A stretch of 64,000 bases of DNA from Candidatus Poribacteria bacterium (GTDB lineage: Bacteria; Poribacteria; WGA-4E; WGA-3G): assembly GCA_965198235.1 (NCBI GenBank), contig OZ240248.1:512001-576000 (forward strand), written 5' to 3'. Both the position numbers and the translations under genes were made by a program. Positions within the stretch are counted from its first letter, which is position 1, and the number at the start of each line of letters is the position of its first letter. A model generated the notes under the pieces. That model was not told where the DNA came from and did not search any database. It was given only the letters and a program-made list of their open reading frames with translations. Shown here piece after piece: positions 41,270 through 51,382 of the stretch.

Positions 41270-42385
41270 TTATCGCCGCCGTGATGCCATATCAAATCCC
41301 ACCGCTGCGACGAGCACGATCCCTTTGATAATATCTTGCCACGAGGCACCCATGTTCGCCATGCTCATTCCGTTGTTGAGGCTTTCCATAACGAACGCGC
41401 CTAAAATTGCACCGAAGATGCTCCCGCGTCCACCCATCAAACTGGCACCGCCAATAACACACGCAGCAATAGCATCTAACTCCAGCAGCCGTCCCGCTTC
41501 TGGGCTGGCACTCCCGACACGTGCTGTCATAACAACCCCAGCGATTGCCATCAGCGCACCCATCGTTGCAAATACCCGCAGCGTAATCCCGCGGATGTTG
41601 ATCCCTGAGAGATACGCCGCTTCCGAGTTTCCACCGACTGCATACACATAACGCCCGAAACGTGTATGGTTCGCGATAAAATGAAATACGAATGCTAATC
41701 CAAATAGAATGCAGACCGGAAACGGAATCCCTTTGTGAGAATTCATCACGGAGATGAACGCTACAATGAGTGCGGATGTTCCGATTACTTTCAATAGGAA
41801 GGTTCTCAAGGATGTTTGCTCAGTACCGTACTGTAATTGGGCGGTTCGCTGTCTGTAAAAGCGGTATCCGTTGATACCCAATCCAACGACCATGAGCCCC
41901 CATCCGAGTGATGACGAGAGATAGGCATTTCCGATCGCTTTGAGCCAATTGTCTGGGAGTAGGATGGTCTCGCCTTTGGTAAACGCTAACATCAAACCGC
42001 GATACGCCAAAAATCCGCCTAATGTGACGATAAACGCTGGGATTCGCTGATATGCCACGAGGTAACCCTGCATTAGCCCCATCAGCATACCGATGCAAAT
42101 GACAGCGATGAGTGTCACGAGGATCGGTTGCCCCCACCAGACGTGTATAATCGCGGCAATGGCACCGAGCAATCCGGCACCGTAGCCGACAGAGAGATCA
42201 ATATTAGCAGAAACGATGACCAAGGTCATGCCAACGGCGAGGATAGCTGTGACCGCGGCTTGGCGAGAGAGATTGGATAGGTTCCGAGTGCTGAGGAAGG
42301 TGCCGCCGGTCAGCAGTGTGAAAATCACCCAAACACAGACGAGGGCGAACACCATCGCGTACATGCGGAGATTTAGATGCTTCAT
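41270..42385 (-). CDS. Sugar ABC transporter permease (XylH-like)
   Basis: IDLSVG, IPAFIVTLGG, TRFGRYVYAVGGN.EAA.LSGI, ELDAIAACVIGG. Confidence 0.9.
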   Translation of the reverse strand: MKHLNLRMYAMVFALVCVWVIFTLLTGGTFLSTRNLSNLSRQAAVTAILAVGMTLVIVSANIDLSVGYGAGLLGAIAAIIHVWWGQPILVTLIAVICIGMLMGLMQGYLVAYQRIPAFIVTLGGFLAYRGLMLAFTKGETILLPDNWLKAIGNAYLSSSLGWGLMVVGLGINGYRFYRQRTAQLQYGTEQTSLRTFLLKVIGTSALIVAFISVMNSHKGIPFPVCILFGLAFVFHFIANHTRFGRYVYAVGGNSEAAYLSGINIRGITLRVFATMGALMAIAGVVMTARVGSASPEAGRLLELDAIAACVIGGASLMGGRGSIFGAILGAFVMESLNNGMSMANMGASWQDIIKGIVLVAAVGFDMASRRR

Positions 42386-42397
42386 GTGAAAAGAATT

Positions 42398-43162
42398 TTA
42401 ATAATGTCTAAAGAGTTTCTGGAAATTTTTTGTCGTTGTTTCGCCGATTGTTTCTATAGAGGTGCTGCGAAGTTCTGCGATCTTTTCTGCCACAGCATGA
42501 ACGTAGGCAGGTTCATTCCGTTTGCCGCGGCGAAATTGCGGGGTCAGCCACGGACAATCGGTTTCTATCAGCAATTTATCCGCTGGCACTTCCCGTGCGA
42601 CTGCTTGGACATCTTTGGCATTCGGATATGTTACAATCCCCCCGATACCGATGTGGAAGCCGATGGTGAGACTTCTGTGCATTAGTTCGACATCGCCAGT
42701 AAAGCAGTGCAACACGCCTCGGATTTTCCCCTGCCGTGCCTCTAAGATGGGGAGGATGTCCATATAGGCATCGCGATTGTGGATGACAATCGGCATTTGC
42801 GTCTCTTCAGCGAGATCCAACTGTTTTTCAAATGCCTCTTTTTGCACTGGGCGCGGCGAGAGGTTGCGGTAATAGTCTAATCCCATTTCGCCGAGCGCAA
42901 TCACCTTCGGATGTGCGGCGAGTTCACGAAAAGTCTTTAGCGCATCGGGAGTCAGATCTTTTGCATCGTGCGGATGCATCCCAACGGTGGCATAGATATG
43001 CGCATGTTCCTCCGCCAATTCCACAGCACCGAGGCTGGTTTCCATGTCAAACCCTATGACAAGAATATGAGACACTGAGGCTGCGCTCGCGCGTTTTAGC
43101 ATTGCGTCGCGATCACGATTAAATTGGGAGAGTTGGATGTGTGCGTGTGAGTCGATAAGCAT
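42398..43162 (-). CDS. tatD: TatD family hydrolase
   Basis: IDSHAH, GMHPH, GEMGLDY, IHNRDA, LHCF, ETDCP. Confidence 0.92.
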   Translation of the reverse strand: MLIDSHAHIQLSQFNRDRDAMLKRASAASVSHILVIGFDMETSLGAVELAEEHAHIYATVGMHPHDAKDLTPDALKTFRELAAHPKVIALGEMGLDYYRNLSPRPVQKEAFEKQLDLAEETQMPIVIHNRDAYMDILPILEARQGKIRGVLHCFTGDVELMHRSLTIGFHIGIGGIVTYPNAKDVQAVAREVPADKLLIETDCPWLTPQFRRGKRNEPAYVHAVAEKIAELRSTSIETIGETTTKNFQKLFRHY

Positions 43163-43228
43163 TTGAATTCCAAGCCCGGTGTATTTCACCGACGAGGTTT
43201 GTAACCTCATCTGTTAAGTAAAATACGC

Positions 43229-43939
43229 TTACATCAAGGGCGTTCGGATAACCGTCTCAAGCGTGTGCGCGCGGGGTGGTTGTGTCACCAGAAATAGGAT
43301 CAGATCCGCGACATCTTCTGGAAGTGTGAGATGCTCAATCACATCGTCTGGATGGTTATCGCGGCGCATCTTGGTATCTACAGGACCGGGACAGACAACC
43401 GAGGCTTTTACACCGTGTAGTCTACCTTCATTGTTCGTTGTCTCGGTGAAGCCGACCACAGCGAATTTAGAGGCACAATACGCACCGCCATTGACGTGTC
43501 CAAATTTACCTGAGACCGAGGAGACATTAACAATGTGTCCGTACTTCTGCTCACACATGTGGCTGAAAACGGCTTGCGTGCCGAGGAACACGCCCTTGAG
43601 ATTGACTGCCATCGTCAGGTCCCAATCTTCTTCTCGGATCTTCGGAATCGGATTGTGGATTGCGACACCTGCGTTGTTGACAAGGATGTCCACCTTACCG
43701 AAGGTATCAAGTGTTCGGGCGACCATGGCATCAACATCCGTTTTCAGTTGAATATCGGTCGTGACAGCGAGTGCACGTCTGCCGAGTTGCTTCACCTCTT
43801 CGGCGACAGCGGTTATCTCGGTGTCAGTTCGTGCGGCAAGCACGATGTCTGCCCCTTCTTTGGCAAACGCTAAAGCGGTCGAATGACCGATCCCACGTCC
43901 GCCCCCTGTGATAATTGCGATACGGTTTTCAAGTTTCAC
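43229..43939 (-). CDS. Short-chain dehydrogenase/reductase
   Basis: TGGGRGIG, NNAG, YCASK; GTG start after AAGGAG. Confidence 0.9.
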   Translation of the reverse strand: MKLENRIAIITGGGRGIGHSTALAFAKEGADIVLAARTDTEITAVAEEVKQLGRRALAVTTDIQLKTDVDAMVARTLDTFGKVDILVNNAGVAIHNPIPKIREEDWDLTMAVNLKGVFLGTQAVFSHMCEQKYGHIVNVSSVSGKFGHVNGGAYCASKFAVVGFTETTNNEGRLHGVKASVVCPGPVDTKMRRDNHPDDVIEHLTLPEDVADLILFLVTQPPRAHTLETVIRTPLM

Positions 43940-44014
43940 AAATTCTCCTTTTTTAATTACTCGCAAGGCGTTAAATCAGGTGGTTTGTTTATCGAAAGGT
44001 TCCGATCATATCCG

Positions 44015-44179
44015 CCTGTGCCGTTGTTACAGGCTACCGTCTTCGGTTAAGGATTGATAAATTCTAACCATAGCAAATCCGGGGCATTCGTGCCATCAAA
44101 ACCGCAGCCCGTAATGAAATGGAGGGCGGATTTAAGAAAGGGACATCAAAGTTCAAACCCGTGTTGTTTAACCGCAAGG
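44015..44179. repeat. Mosaic intergenic repeat sharing modules with 61696-61941
   Basis: cctgtgccgttgttacaggct, gcccgtaatgaaatggagggcgg, ttcggttaag and aaccgcaagg recur near 61.7-61.9 kb. Confidence 0.6.
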
Positions 44180-44184
44180 AAAGT

Positions 44185-45270
44185 TTAAAAAATTTGATAG
44201 GGCGCGAGTTTCTCTTTATTGAACAGAATGCCGTGTCCCGGACGTTCAGGCGGTGAAAAGTGTCCGTCTCTGAGTGTCAAGGTATCGTCAAGGACCGGGT
44301 CAAACGAAGGGATATATTCCACAAAAAGCGAATGTGGCACAGCGGCAGAGAGATGAACGTGCAAATCCATCAGGAAGTGTGGTGAGACAGAAAGTCCAAA
44401 GCATTCCGCTGTATGTGCTACCTTCATCCATTCAGAGATACCGCCGACGCGGACGGCATCGGGTTGCAGGATATCCGCCGCACCTTGTGCGATGTATTCC
44501 TGAAAAACGTATTTATTATAGAGGGTCTCGCCAACAGCGATCGGGATAGTCGTTTTCTCGCGCAGTGTCACATGGCTGTCCACATCGTCTGCTTCGATGG
44601 GTTCCTCAAACCAGAAGAGGTCTGCTTCTTCGACACGACATGCGAGTTGAATGGCTTCGCGGGCGTTCCATTTCATATTGGCATCGATCATGAGATAGGG
44701 ATCCTGCCCGATCGCCTTTCTGACAGCGAAGATTCGCGCCACGTCTTCATAGAGACTGTCGCGCCCTACCTTAATCTTGATACCTTTGAAGCCTTGCTCC
44801 ACAAATTCCACGGATTGCCTAACGAGTTCCTCCTCGGAAAGGTGTAGCCAGCCACCATCTGTATTGTAAACGGGAACAGCGGGTCTTGCCCCACCGAGGA
44901 GTTGGTAGAGCGGCAATCCTGCACGCTTTGCCATGAGATCCCAAAGGGCGATGTCCACCGCTGCCATGCCCAAACCGACTATGCCGCCTCTGCCTACCCA
45001 GTGTGTCTCCATCCACATCCGATTCCAAATCCGGTCGATATTGGAAGCATCTTCTTCAAGGAGGATAGGTGTGAGGTAGGCATCCATGGTCTGCTTAATC
45101 GCTTCTCCACCCTTACCGATAGTGTAAGAGAACCCAGTCCCCACAACGCCATCTACATCTTCAATCTCAATGAAGGGAAATTCCATAGAGACGAAAGTTT
45201 GAATAGCATCGACGCGTTCAACTTGGGGTGGGATGTCGTACAGAGATGTCCGGATTGCTTTAATTTTCAT
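44185..45270 (-). CDS. Mandelate racemase/muconate lactonizing enzyme family dehydratase
   Basis: AAVDIALWDL, KIKVG, IDAN, FEEP, GE, LQPD..GG. Confidence 0.9.
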   Translation of the reverse strand: MKIKAIRTSLYDIPPQVERVDAIQTFVSMEFPFIEIEDVDGVVGTGFSYTIGKGGEAIKQTMDAYLTPILLEEDASNIDRIWNRMWMETHWVGRGGIVGLGMAAVDIALWDLMAKRAGLPLYQLLGGARPAVPVYNTDGGWLHLSEEELVRQSVEFVEQGFKGIKIKVGRDSLYEDVARIFAVRKAIGQDPYLMIDANMKWNAREAIQLACRVEEADLFWFEEPIEADDVDSHVTLREKTTIPIAVGETLYNKYVFQEYIAQGAADILQPDAVRVGGISEWMKVAHTAECFGLSVSPHFLMDLHVHLSAAVPHSLFVEYIPSFDPVLDDTLTLRDGHFSPPERPGHGILFNKEKLAPYQIF

Positions 45271-45280
45271 CGGATTTTGC

Positions 45281-46153
45281 CTACTGCTTTAAGTTTTCGA
45301 TCATCGTCAATAACGTTTCGATACAGATGCGTGAGGCTTCCTCACCGGCTTCGGAGAAGGCTTGCCCTGCGGGACGGTTGAGGATAGCCTCGTCAATTTT
45401 CAGTGAAGGTCGCCAATGTGTTTCAAGGCAAAGATGCCCTTCGTAACCGTCGTCAATAAGGGCTTGCAGCTGCCCTTGCCAGTCAATGATGCCGTCGCCG
45501 ACTGGAACGGATTCTATCTCGCCGGTATCAGGGTTTGGACCTGCGTCCTTGAGGTGTGCGTGGATCATCGTCGGTTTCATGCGGTTATAGGCATCGGGAT
45601 ACGGGGTCTCGCCACCCTTTGCGTGTGCTTCATTGGCAGGATCCCAGATGCCGCGGATATTCGGAGCGTCAATCTGCTCAATGAATTCCGCTGTAAGTTT
45701 GGCGGTGCGGAGCGAGGTGGTGGATTCGTTTTCCATGCCGAGGACGATGCCTTCACCGTCTATCATTCTGCGCGGTTCATCGTAGGAGGCGATAATTTCA
45801 TCCCACCGTTCCTCGGTTTCACCGGTGTCCCAGAAGACGAAAGTACGGATGAGATTTGTATCAAACGCTTTTGCCGTCCGGATGCACCCTTTGAGTATAT
45901 CAAGATGTTCTTTCCGTTCTGCCGCGTCGTCCATATCGCATTTAAAGAACGGAGATGCGACACCAATAATCTCGATGTCGGTGCCATCGAGCAAGCGTTT
46001 CATCTCGTCGATGTCGATATCGGTGAGTTCATGCGGGAGTTTGTCCCAGACGGAGCGAATTTCGATAGAGTGTAGATTGAATTCTTTTACAAAATTGACA
46101 ACGGTGTCGAAGTCTTGCGAAACTTCGTCGCCGATAACACCGAGTTTAAACAT
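45281..46153 (-). CDS. Sugar phosphate isomerase/epimerase (TIM barrel)
   Basis: MENE, WDPAN, HAHLKD, VGDG.IDW, LETH. Confidence 0.85.
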   Translation of the reverse strand: MFKLGVIGDEVSQDFDTVVNFVKEFNLHSIEIRSVWDKLPHELTDIDIDEMKRLLDGTDIEIIGVASPFFKCDMDDAAERKEHLDILKGCIRTAKAFDTNLIRTFVFWDTGETEERWDEIIASYDEPRRMIDGEGIVLGMENESTTSLRTAKLTAEFIEQIDAPNIRGIWDPANEAHAKGGETPYPDAYNRMKPTMIHAHLKDAGPNPDTGEIESVPVGDGIIDWQGQLQALIDDGYEGHLCLETHWRPSLKIDEAILNRPAGQAFSEAGEEASRICIETLLTMIENLKQ

Positions 46154-46351
46154 AGTTATATGTCTCCTTACAAATACAAAACTGATTGATTTGGCACAAT
46201 AGTAGCATAGGGGGGCGTTAATAGCAAGCGGATTTTGTGATGTCTGGCACGGAATAAAGAACGGTAAGGTTGAGAAACCTCACGTGCGGAAAGGGAGGGA
46301 GAAGGTGCCGGAGAAACGAAATATCACCGCTTATAAAGTTTTTTACTGATG

Positions 46352-46468
46352 TCAGGTGGTTATTTTTCCCAACGCCCTCAAAACTCCGCTGACAGATTTC
46401 GCATTGGGGAACATCTCGGCTACATCGTCATCAAGCCGATACCGAACACAAACTATCTGGACAGGACT
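46352..46468 (-). pseudogene. C-terminal remnant of a small antitoxin-like (BrnA/RHH-type) gene
   Basis: RLDDDVAEMFPNAKSVSGVLRALGKI with no clear start, directly after the rpn stop. Confidence 0.4.
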
Positions 46469-46738
46469 TTAGCCGTTGTAGTTTTGCAAATCAAAATCAT
46501 CAAGCGTTTCGGCAACGAGTGCTTTCTCAAAGAGTGAATCGAGGCGGGAGAGGCTCTGTATAGAGTGAATCTCGTCGATAACCGATGCTGGGATGGGATC
46601 AAATCGGAACGTTAGCAGTTTAAGGAGCGCGGCCTGTTTGGCTTCGGCTCTGCCTTCCACTTTACCTTGTTCAATACCGCGTTCAATACCGCGTTCAATA
46701 CCGCGTTCAATGAGAACTTCTGCCATTGACTGTGCCAT
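46469..46738 (-). CDS. Predicted intragenic small antitoxin (RpnS), in frame with rpn
   Basis: GGAGGT SD (46746-46751) 7 nt before the internal ATG of MAQSMAEVL; 89 aa. Confidence 0.65.
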   Translation of the reverse strand: MAQSMAEVLIERGIERGIERGIEQGKVEGRAEAKQAALLKLLTFRFDPIPASVIDEIHSIQSLSRLDSLFEKALVAETLDDFDLQNYNG

Positions 46739-47554
46739 CGTTTCTACCTCCATGTCGTGGGTGTGCTCATTCACAAGTGTTATCAAGTCTTCGTGTTCTC
46801 CGGCGGGCCGGCGATGCAGTATAAGCAGCAGCAAATACACAATTGCCCGCCGCTTTTGTGCCGCCTGTGCCGCATCAAGCTCATTTAGTCTCGCCATCGC
46901 TGCAGTCAACGCCTCGCTTAGCGTTTCCACATCCGCCTGTTCCTTTTGAAGAACGGTAAGCAACCATCCGAGCGGATGGTCGGTTTTCGTCAACTCCGCT
47001 GCATCTGTTTCTTTCACGCTTAGAAACAGCGTGTCAAACCTCGGGACAAAACGAGACAACACATCCGGAATCTCCATGAGGCCAGTCAGCGAAAGTGGTG
47101 TCATCCAACGCCGCTCCCCGGTGTAGAATACTATCGGGAGTATCGGATGCAACCGCCGCTCACTTTTCGGTACATTGTTCGACTCCCAATCGCGTCTTTG
47201 TTCATCCCATAGTTGCATCATATAAAACAGCACCCGAAATCCCATCATCTCATCCACCGTCGATTGATGCTCAATCAGGATATAAATAATCAGGTCATCG
47301 GTTTGGGATTCGTCCTGAAAAGGGACCCGAAAAACGATGTCCGACTCTTGTTCACGCAGTGTGTCAGAAACGAAACTCCTGTTGAGCGGCGTAAGACGGC
47401 TAAAATCAATAAACTCAACGAGCTCGGCTGCGACGATTTCTATCAAGCCTCGGACATTCTCCGACGCTTGGAAAAACCATCTGGTGCTCCTGTCAGGGAA
47501 GTTTTCAATAGGAATGCCGAAAAAGGAGCGGATTTCTGTTTCTGTCGTCGTCAT
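46469..47554 (-). CDS. Rpn/YhgA family PD-(D/E)XK nuclease (putative transposase)
   Basis: SFV..LRE.ESDIVF, IYILIEHQS, PIVFYTG..W, (ERGI)n tail; ATG 47554 after GGGGAG. Confidence 0.92.
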   Translation of the reverse strand: MTTTETEIRSFFGIPIENFPDRSTRWFFQASENVRGLIEIVAAELVEFIDFSRLTPLNRSFVSDTLREQESDIVFRVPFQDESQTDDLIIYILIEHQSTVDEMMGFRVLFYMMQLWDEQRRDWESNNVPKSERRLHPILPIVFYTGERRWMTPLSLTGLMEIPDVLSRFVPRFDTLFLSVKETDAAELTKTDHPLGWLLTVLQKEQADVETLSEALTAAMARLNELDAAQAAQKRRAIVYLLLLILHRRPAGEHEDLITLVNEHTHDMEVETMAQSMAEVLIERGIERGIERGIEQGKVEGRAEAKQAALLKLLTFRFDPIPASVIDEIHSIQSLSRLDSLFEKALVAETLDDFDLQNYNG

Positions 47555-47736
47555 AGTCTCCCCTATTGTGTAGTGTTTATATAGCATAGCACAAGTCGCA
47601 GGCGAAGTCAAACCAAAAGGGAACACTTCAGTCTATACCACTGAACTCACGTTTAAATACGCAATCTAACTCCAGTTGTGAAACCTTACCTTCTTGGGAT
47701 TCAGCATAGCCATTCAGTTTTCAACTCTGATCGCAT

Positions 47737-47981
47737 CGTAGGTTGGGTTGAACGGACTCCAGTAAACCCACGAAAAACAATAGAAAAATGAACCCTCTCC
47801 CTATATGCCACATCAAAGAGAGACGGAGTGAACCCAACGCTTTTGTTTTCAAGTTTCCCAGACTCTGATGGTATGAAGTTGGGTTTCACTCTGTTTCTGG
47901 GTGTATATGGCAGCCTCCTATATTTGAAGTCTCTTTGGACTACTATATCCGACGCCTCAACGCCGTTCAACCCAACCTACG
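47737..47981. mobile_element. REPIN/MITE-like element with 19-bp perfect terminal inverted repeats
   Basis: cgtaggttgggttgaacgg ... ccgttcaacccaacctacg; inner IR gtgaacccaac/gttgggtttcac. Confidence 0.75.
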
Positions 47982-48105
47982 GAAACCGACTGCCGATTGC
48001 TGATAACTGAATGCCTCTGGGGATTCAGGAAATTGGCTTGCAATGAGGGCAAAGATCGTGCTAAAATAAGATTAATCGTAGCGTTGCATAGAGAGGAGAA
48101 AGAAG

Positions 48106-51100
48106 ATGATGAACTACGCAGAATTGCGGCTCCCACAACGTCAGAGAGAAGAAATTCATCGGATTTTGTCCAACGCTTCCGATAGAGCCGGTAGCATAGA
48201 TAGCGAATCTATATTGCGAAGCCTCCAAGAACTCGTCACCGACGACGCAGACATCCAGACATGCTTTGCGGACCTCGTCATCCCCTTGTTGAAAGCCTCT
48301 ATAGACTCACCCAATCCTGAAGCCGCTTTAAATCGTTTTTCACGTTTTGCAGAGGTATCGTTTAATCGCAGATCGCTCTATCAACTGCTGCGAGATGCGC
48401 CGCAGCTCATACGTCCTGTCATTTTAACGTTCGGTGCGTCCACCTATTTGTCTGAGATTCTAATTCGCACACCTGAATATTTCTATGACATCACTGATCC
48501 GCATGTGATGGGCATGCAGAAAACTTCCGAGATGATGTATCAGGAGCTTGAACAATCAATTTCACGGTTCGCTTCGGTAGAGCAGAAACTTCGCATCTTG
48601 CGGCGATACAAGCGACGGGAGACGCTTCGTATCGGACTACGCGACCTGCTTAAGATGGCAGATGTTGAAACAACGACGTTAGAGTTGAGCAATTTGGCTG
48701 AAGCTGCACTACAACACTGCTACGAAATCGGGCGCGACCAAATCATGAAACCGAAGTTCGGGACACCGCTCGATGAAGAAGGCACTGCCCCCTGTCGTTT
48801 CGCTATCATCGGGATGGGAAAGTTAGGTGGCTATGAACTCAACTTTAGTTCCGACATTGACCTTATTTTCGTGTATTCGGATGATGCACGTACCGATATG
48901 GGAAATGACAATAGCGAGTACTTCTCGCGTTTTTGTGAATTTATCATCAAGGCGATGAGTGAGATAACCCCGGAGGGCTATGTCTTTCGTGTTGACATCC
49001 GCTTGCGTCCGGAAAGTAGCGCAGGTGTCATTATTCGTTCCATGGAGAGTTACGAAAGTTACTATGAAGGATGGGGCGATTTGTGGGAACGTCAAGCTTT
49101 AATTAAAGCGCGTCCTGTCGCTGGGGATATGGTGTTCGGCGATGAGTTCATCCGTATGATCCAGCCGTTTGTCTATCAACGTTACTTAGATGGCGTGACG
49201 CTCACCGAGATTAAGGCAGACATCCGACGTACCAAAGCGCGAATAGAGGAGCGGCTCGTCAGTGAAAGTGCGAATCTTGAAAAACATGTAAAACTCGGTC
49301 CGGGTGCTATTCGTGATATTGAATTCACCGTACAGTGTCTTCAGATGATTCATGGTGCTAAGCGAAAGTCATTGTGTTCGCATAACACCTTGGAAGTACT
49401 TGCGGCGTTAAAAGCGAGTAAACTGCTCAGCGCGGAGGATGCGGACGCGCTCATGGCTGCCTATAGGTTTTTACGTACCGTTGAGAACTGCATCCAAATT
49501 GAAGCAGATCAGCAGCGTTATCTAATCCCAGAGAAAGAAACGGAGGAACGGGAACTCGCCCGGCGCGTGGGGTACCAGCATACGGCAGAAATCGATGCTC
49601 TGGAGGCGTTTCGAGAAGATTATCGCGTCCACACTGAACAGGTACGCGTAATTTTTAAGAAGATCACTGCGACTTCGATCCAGTCTGAAGACGGCCTTGA
49701 CATCGCTGTTTTACTTTCCGAAGAGGATCCGCAACAATTAGAGACTTTCTTGAGCACGTTCCGTTTTGAAAACGTAAGAAATGCACAGCGTCTCTTAAGA
49801 CAGCTTGCGAACGGCGGGGACGGCATCCAATTCTCACCGAGTGTACGACGCACCTTCTTTAAACTCGCGCCAACGCTCCTAAATGTTTTGCGTGACTCTC
49901 CTAATCCGGACATGGCACTCCGTTACCTCTCAGCGTTTACAGATAAAGTGGGCGCGCGGAGCAGTTACTACACAATGTTCGCTGAAAAGCCTTCAACACT
50001 TGAAGTGCTTACTCGTGTCTGCGGCACGAGTTTATATCTCGCAGATATGCTCATCGCGAGTCCTGAACTCTTTGATCTACTGACGGTCCCTACGCTGATA
50101 GAACGTTCCAAGACGCTCGCTGAGAAACAAACGGAGGCATTGCAAGTGGTCGCGCAGGCACCGGAAGGCAGAATGCTGTCCATGTTGCGGCGGTATAAAA
50201 ACGACGAGATTTGGCGTATCGCCTTGCGGAACATTCTTGGAAATGCGACGCTGCCAGATACAACGCAAGAACTCTCTGATTTAGCCGAAGCTACTTTGCA
50301 AGCCATTTATCCAGAAATTGAGGCGGAACTCCGCGAGGCACACGGCACGCCGCTTGCTCCCGATGGAACGCCCGTAACATTCGCGATCATCGCCATGGGT
50401 AAATTTGGCGGACGTGAATTGAACTTCAGTTCAGACTTAGATGTTATGTACGTCTATTCGGCAGATGGTGAGACGACAAAAGGTATGCCAAATGTGGAGT
50501 ATTTTTCAGCTGTCGGTTTGGAGTTAGTAAACCGACTTGCTGGAAATCAAGGGATGGGTATCTATGAAGTTGATCTACGGCTTCGTCCGCACGGGACAGG
50601 TGGTGCGATTGCACTGCCGTTGGTAGGATATCAGAATTACTACGATAACACTGCAGAAGTTTGGGAACGTCAGGCGTTAACACGTGCTCGCGTTGTCGCC
50701 GGAGACATAGAACAACTCGGGAACCGATTTTTGGAAATCGCCCATGCCTTCTGTTATGGGGATGCCCCAACGTCTGAGGAGATCGCCGAGATTGTGCATA
50801 CACGTCAACGAAAGGAAGCACAAGCGACTCGAAAGACATCTACTCGACGTAGAAGGGGCGGCAAGACGCAGACACCTACAGCCAATGTCAAATCGGGATA
50901 CGGTGGACTTGTGGATATTGAATTTGCTGTTCAAACCCTTCAATTGGTACATGGTGGGCGAGAGACTTCTGTGCGTGTGCAAAATACACCGCTCGCGATT
51001 GAGAGATTGCACAAGATTGGGGTGCTGACAGAGGCACAGGGTGATGGATTAGTGGAAGCGTATCAATTCTTGAGACGCGTCGAAAACGCCTTACGGATTG

Positions 51101-51276
51101 TCCACGATCGGGCGTTGGATGCTCTTCCCAAAAATCGTGCAGAGCTGGGACAGTTAGCGCGCCGTCTCGGATATACGGGAAGTAACGATAAACCCGCTGC
51201 AGAAGCGTTTTTACAGGATTACGGAAAGTGGACCGAGACGACCCGTTCGCTTTTCAATCAGATCCTTGTGAAGTGA
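48106..51276 (+). CDS. glnE: Glutamine synthetase adenylyltransferase/adenylyl-removing enzyme
   Basis: Two NTase domains GMGKLGGYELNFSSDIDL and AMGKFGGRELNFSSDLD, RVDIRLRP, WERQAL. Confidence 0.96.
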   Translation: MMNYAELRLPQRQREEIHRILSNASDRAGSIDSESILRSLQELVTDDADIQTCFADLVIPLLKASIDSPNPEAALNRFSRFAEVSFNRRSLYQLLRDAPQLIRPVILTFGASTYLSEILIRTPEYFYDITDPHVMGMQKTSEMMYQELEQSISRFASVEQKLRILRRYKRRETLRIGLRDLLKMADVETTTLELSNLAEAALQHCYEIGRDQIMKPKFGTPLDEEGTAPCRFAIIGMGKLGGYELNFSSDIDLIFVYSDDARTDMGNDNSEYFSRFCEFIIKAMSEITPEGYVFRVDIRLRPESSAGVIIRSMESYESYYEGWGDLWERQALIKARPVAGDMVFGDEFIRMIQPFVYQRYLDGVTLTEIKADIRRTKARIEERLVSESANLEKHVKLGPGAIRDIEFTVQCLQMIHGAKRKSLCSHNTLEVLAALKASKLLSAEDADALMAAYRFLRTVENCIQIEADQQRYLIPEKETEERELARRVGYQHTAEIDALEAFREDYRVHTEQVRVIFKKITATSIQSEDGLDIAVLLSEEDPQQLETFLSTFRFENVRNAQRLLRQLANGGDGIQFSPSVRRTFFKLAPTLLNVLRDSPNPDMALRYLSAFTDKVGARSSYYTMFAEKPSTLEVLTRVCGTSLYLADMLIASPELFDLLTVPTLIERSKTLAEKQTEALQVVAQAPEGRMLSMLRRYKNDEIWRIALRNILGNATLPDTTQELSDLAEATLQAIYPEIEAELREAHGTPLAPDGTPVTFAIIAMGKFGGRELNFSSDLDVMYVYSADGETTKGMPNVEYFSAVGLELVNRLAGNQGMGIYEVDLRLRPHGTGGAIALPLVGYQNYYDNTAEVWERQALTRARVVAGDIEQLGNRFLEIAHAFCYGDAPTSEEIAEIVHTRQRKEAQATRKTSTRRRRGGKTQTPTANVKSGYGGLVDIEFAVQTLQLVHGGRETSVRVQNTPLAIERLHKIGVLTEAQGDGLVEAYQFLRRVENALRIVHDRALDALPKNRAELGQLARRLGYTGSNDKPAAEAFLQDYGKWTETTRSLFNQILVK

Positions 51277-51382
51277 ACGACATAGTGATATACATCTATT
51301 TAGCTTTGTGATTGTGTGCTGGTAGTCTTCAAGCTACGCCAGCAACCGCGTTGACACTAAAATACAACCCAGAGGAGGCATT

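Noticed and set aside
47701-48010. Short ORFs upstream of glnE
   Set aside because: They overlap the REPIN-like element and show no recognisable motifs.
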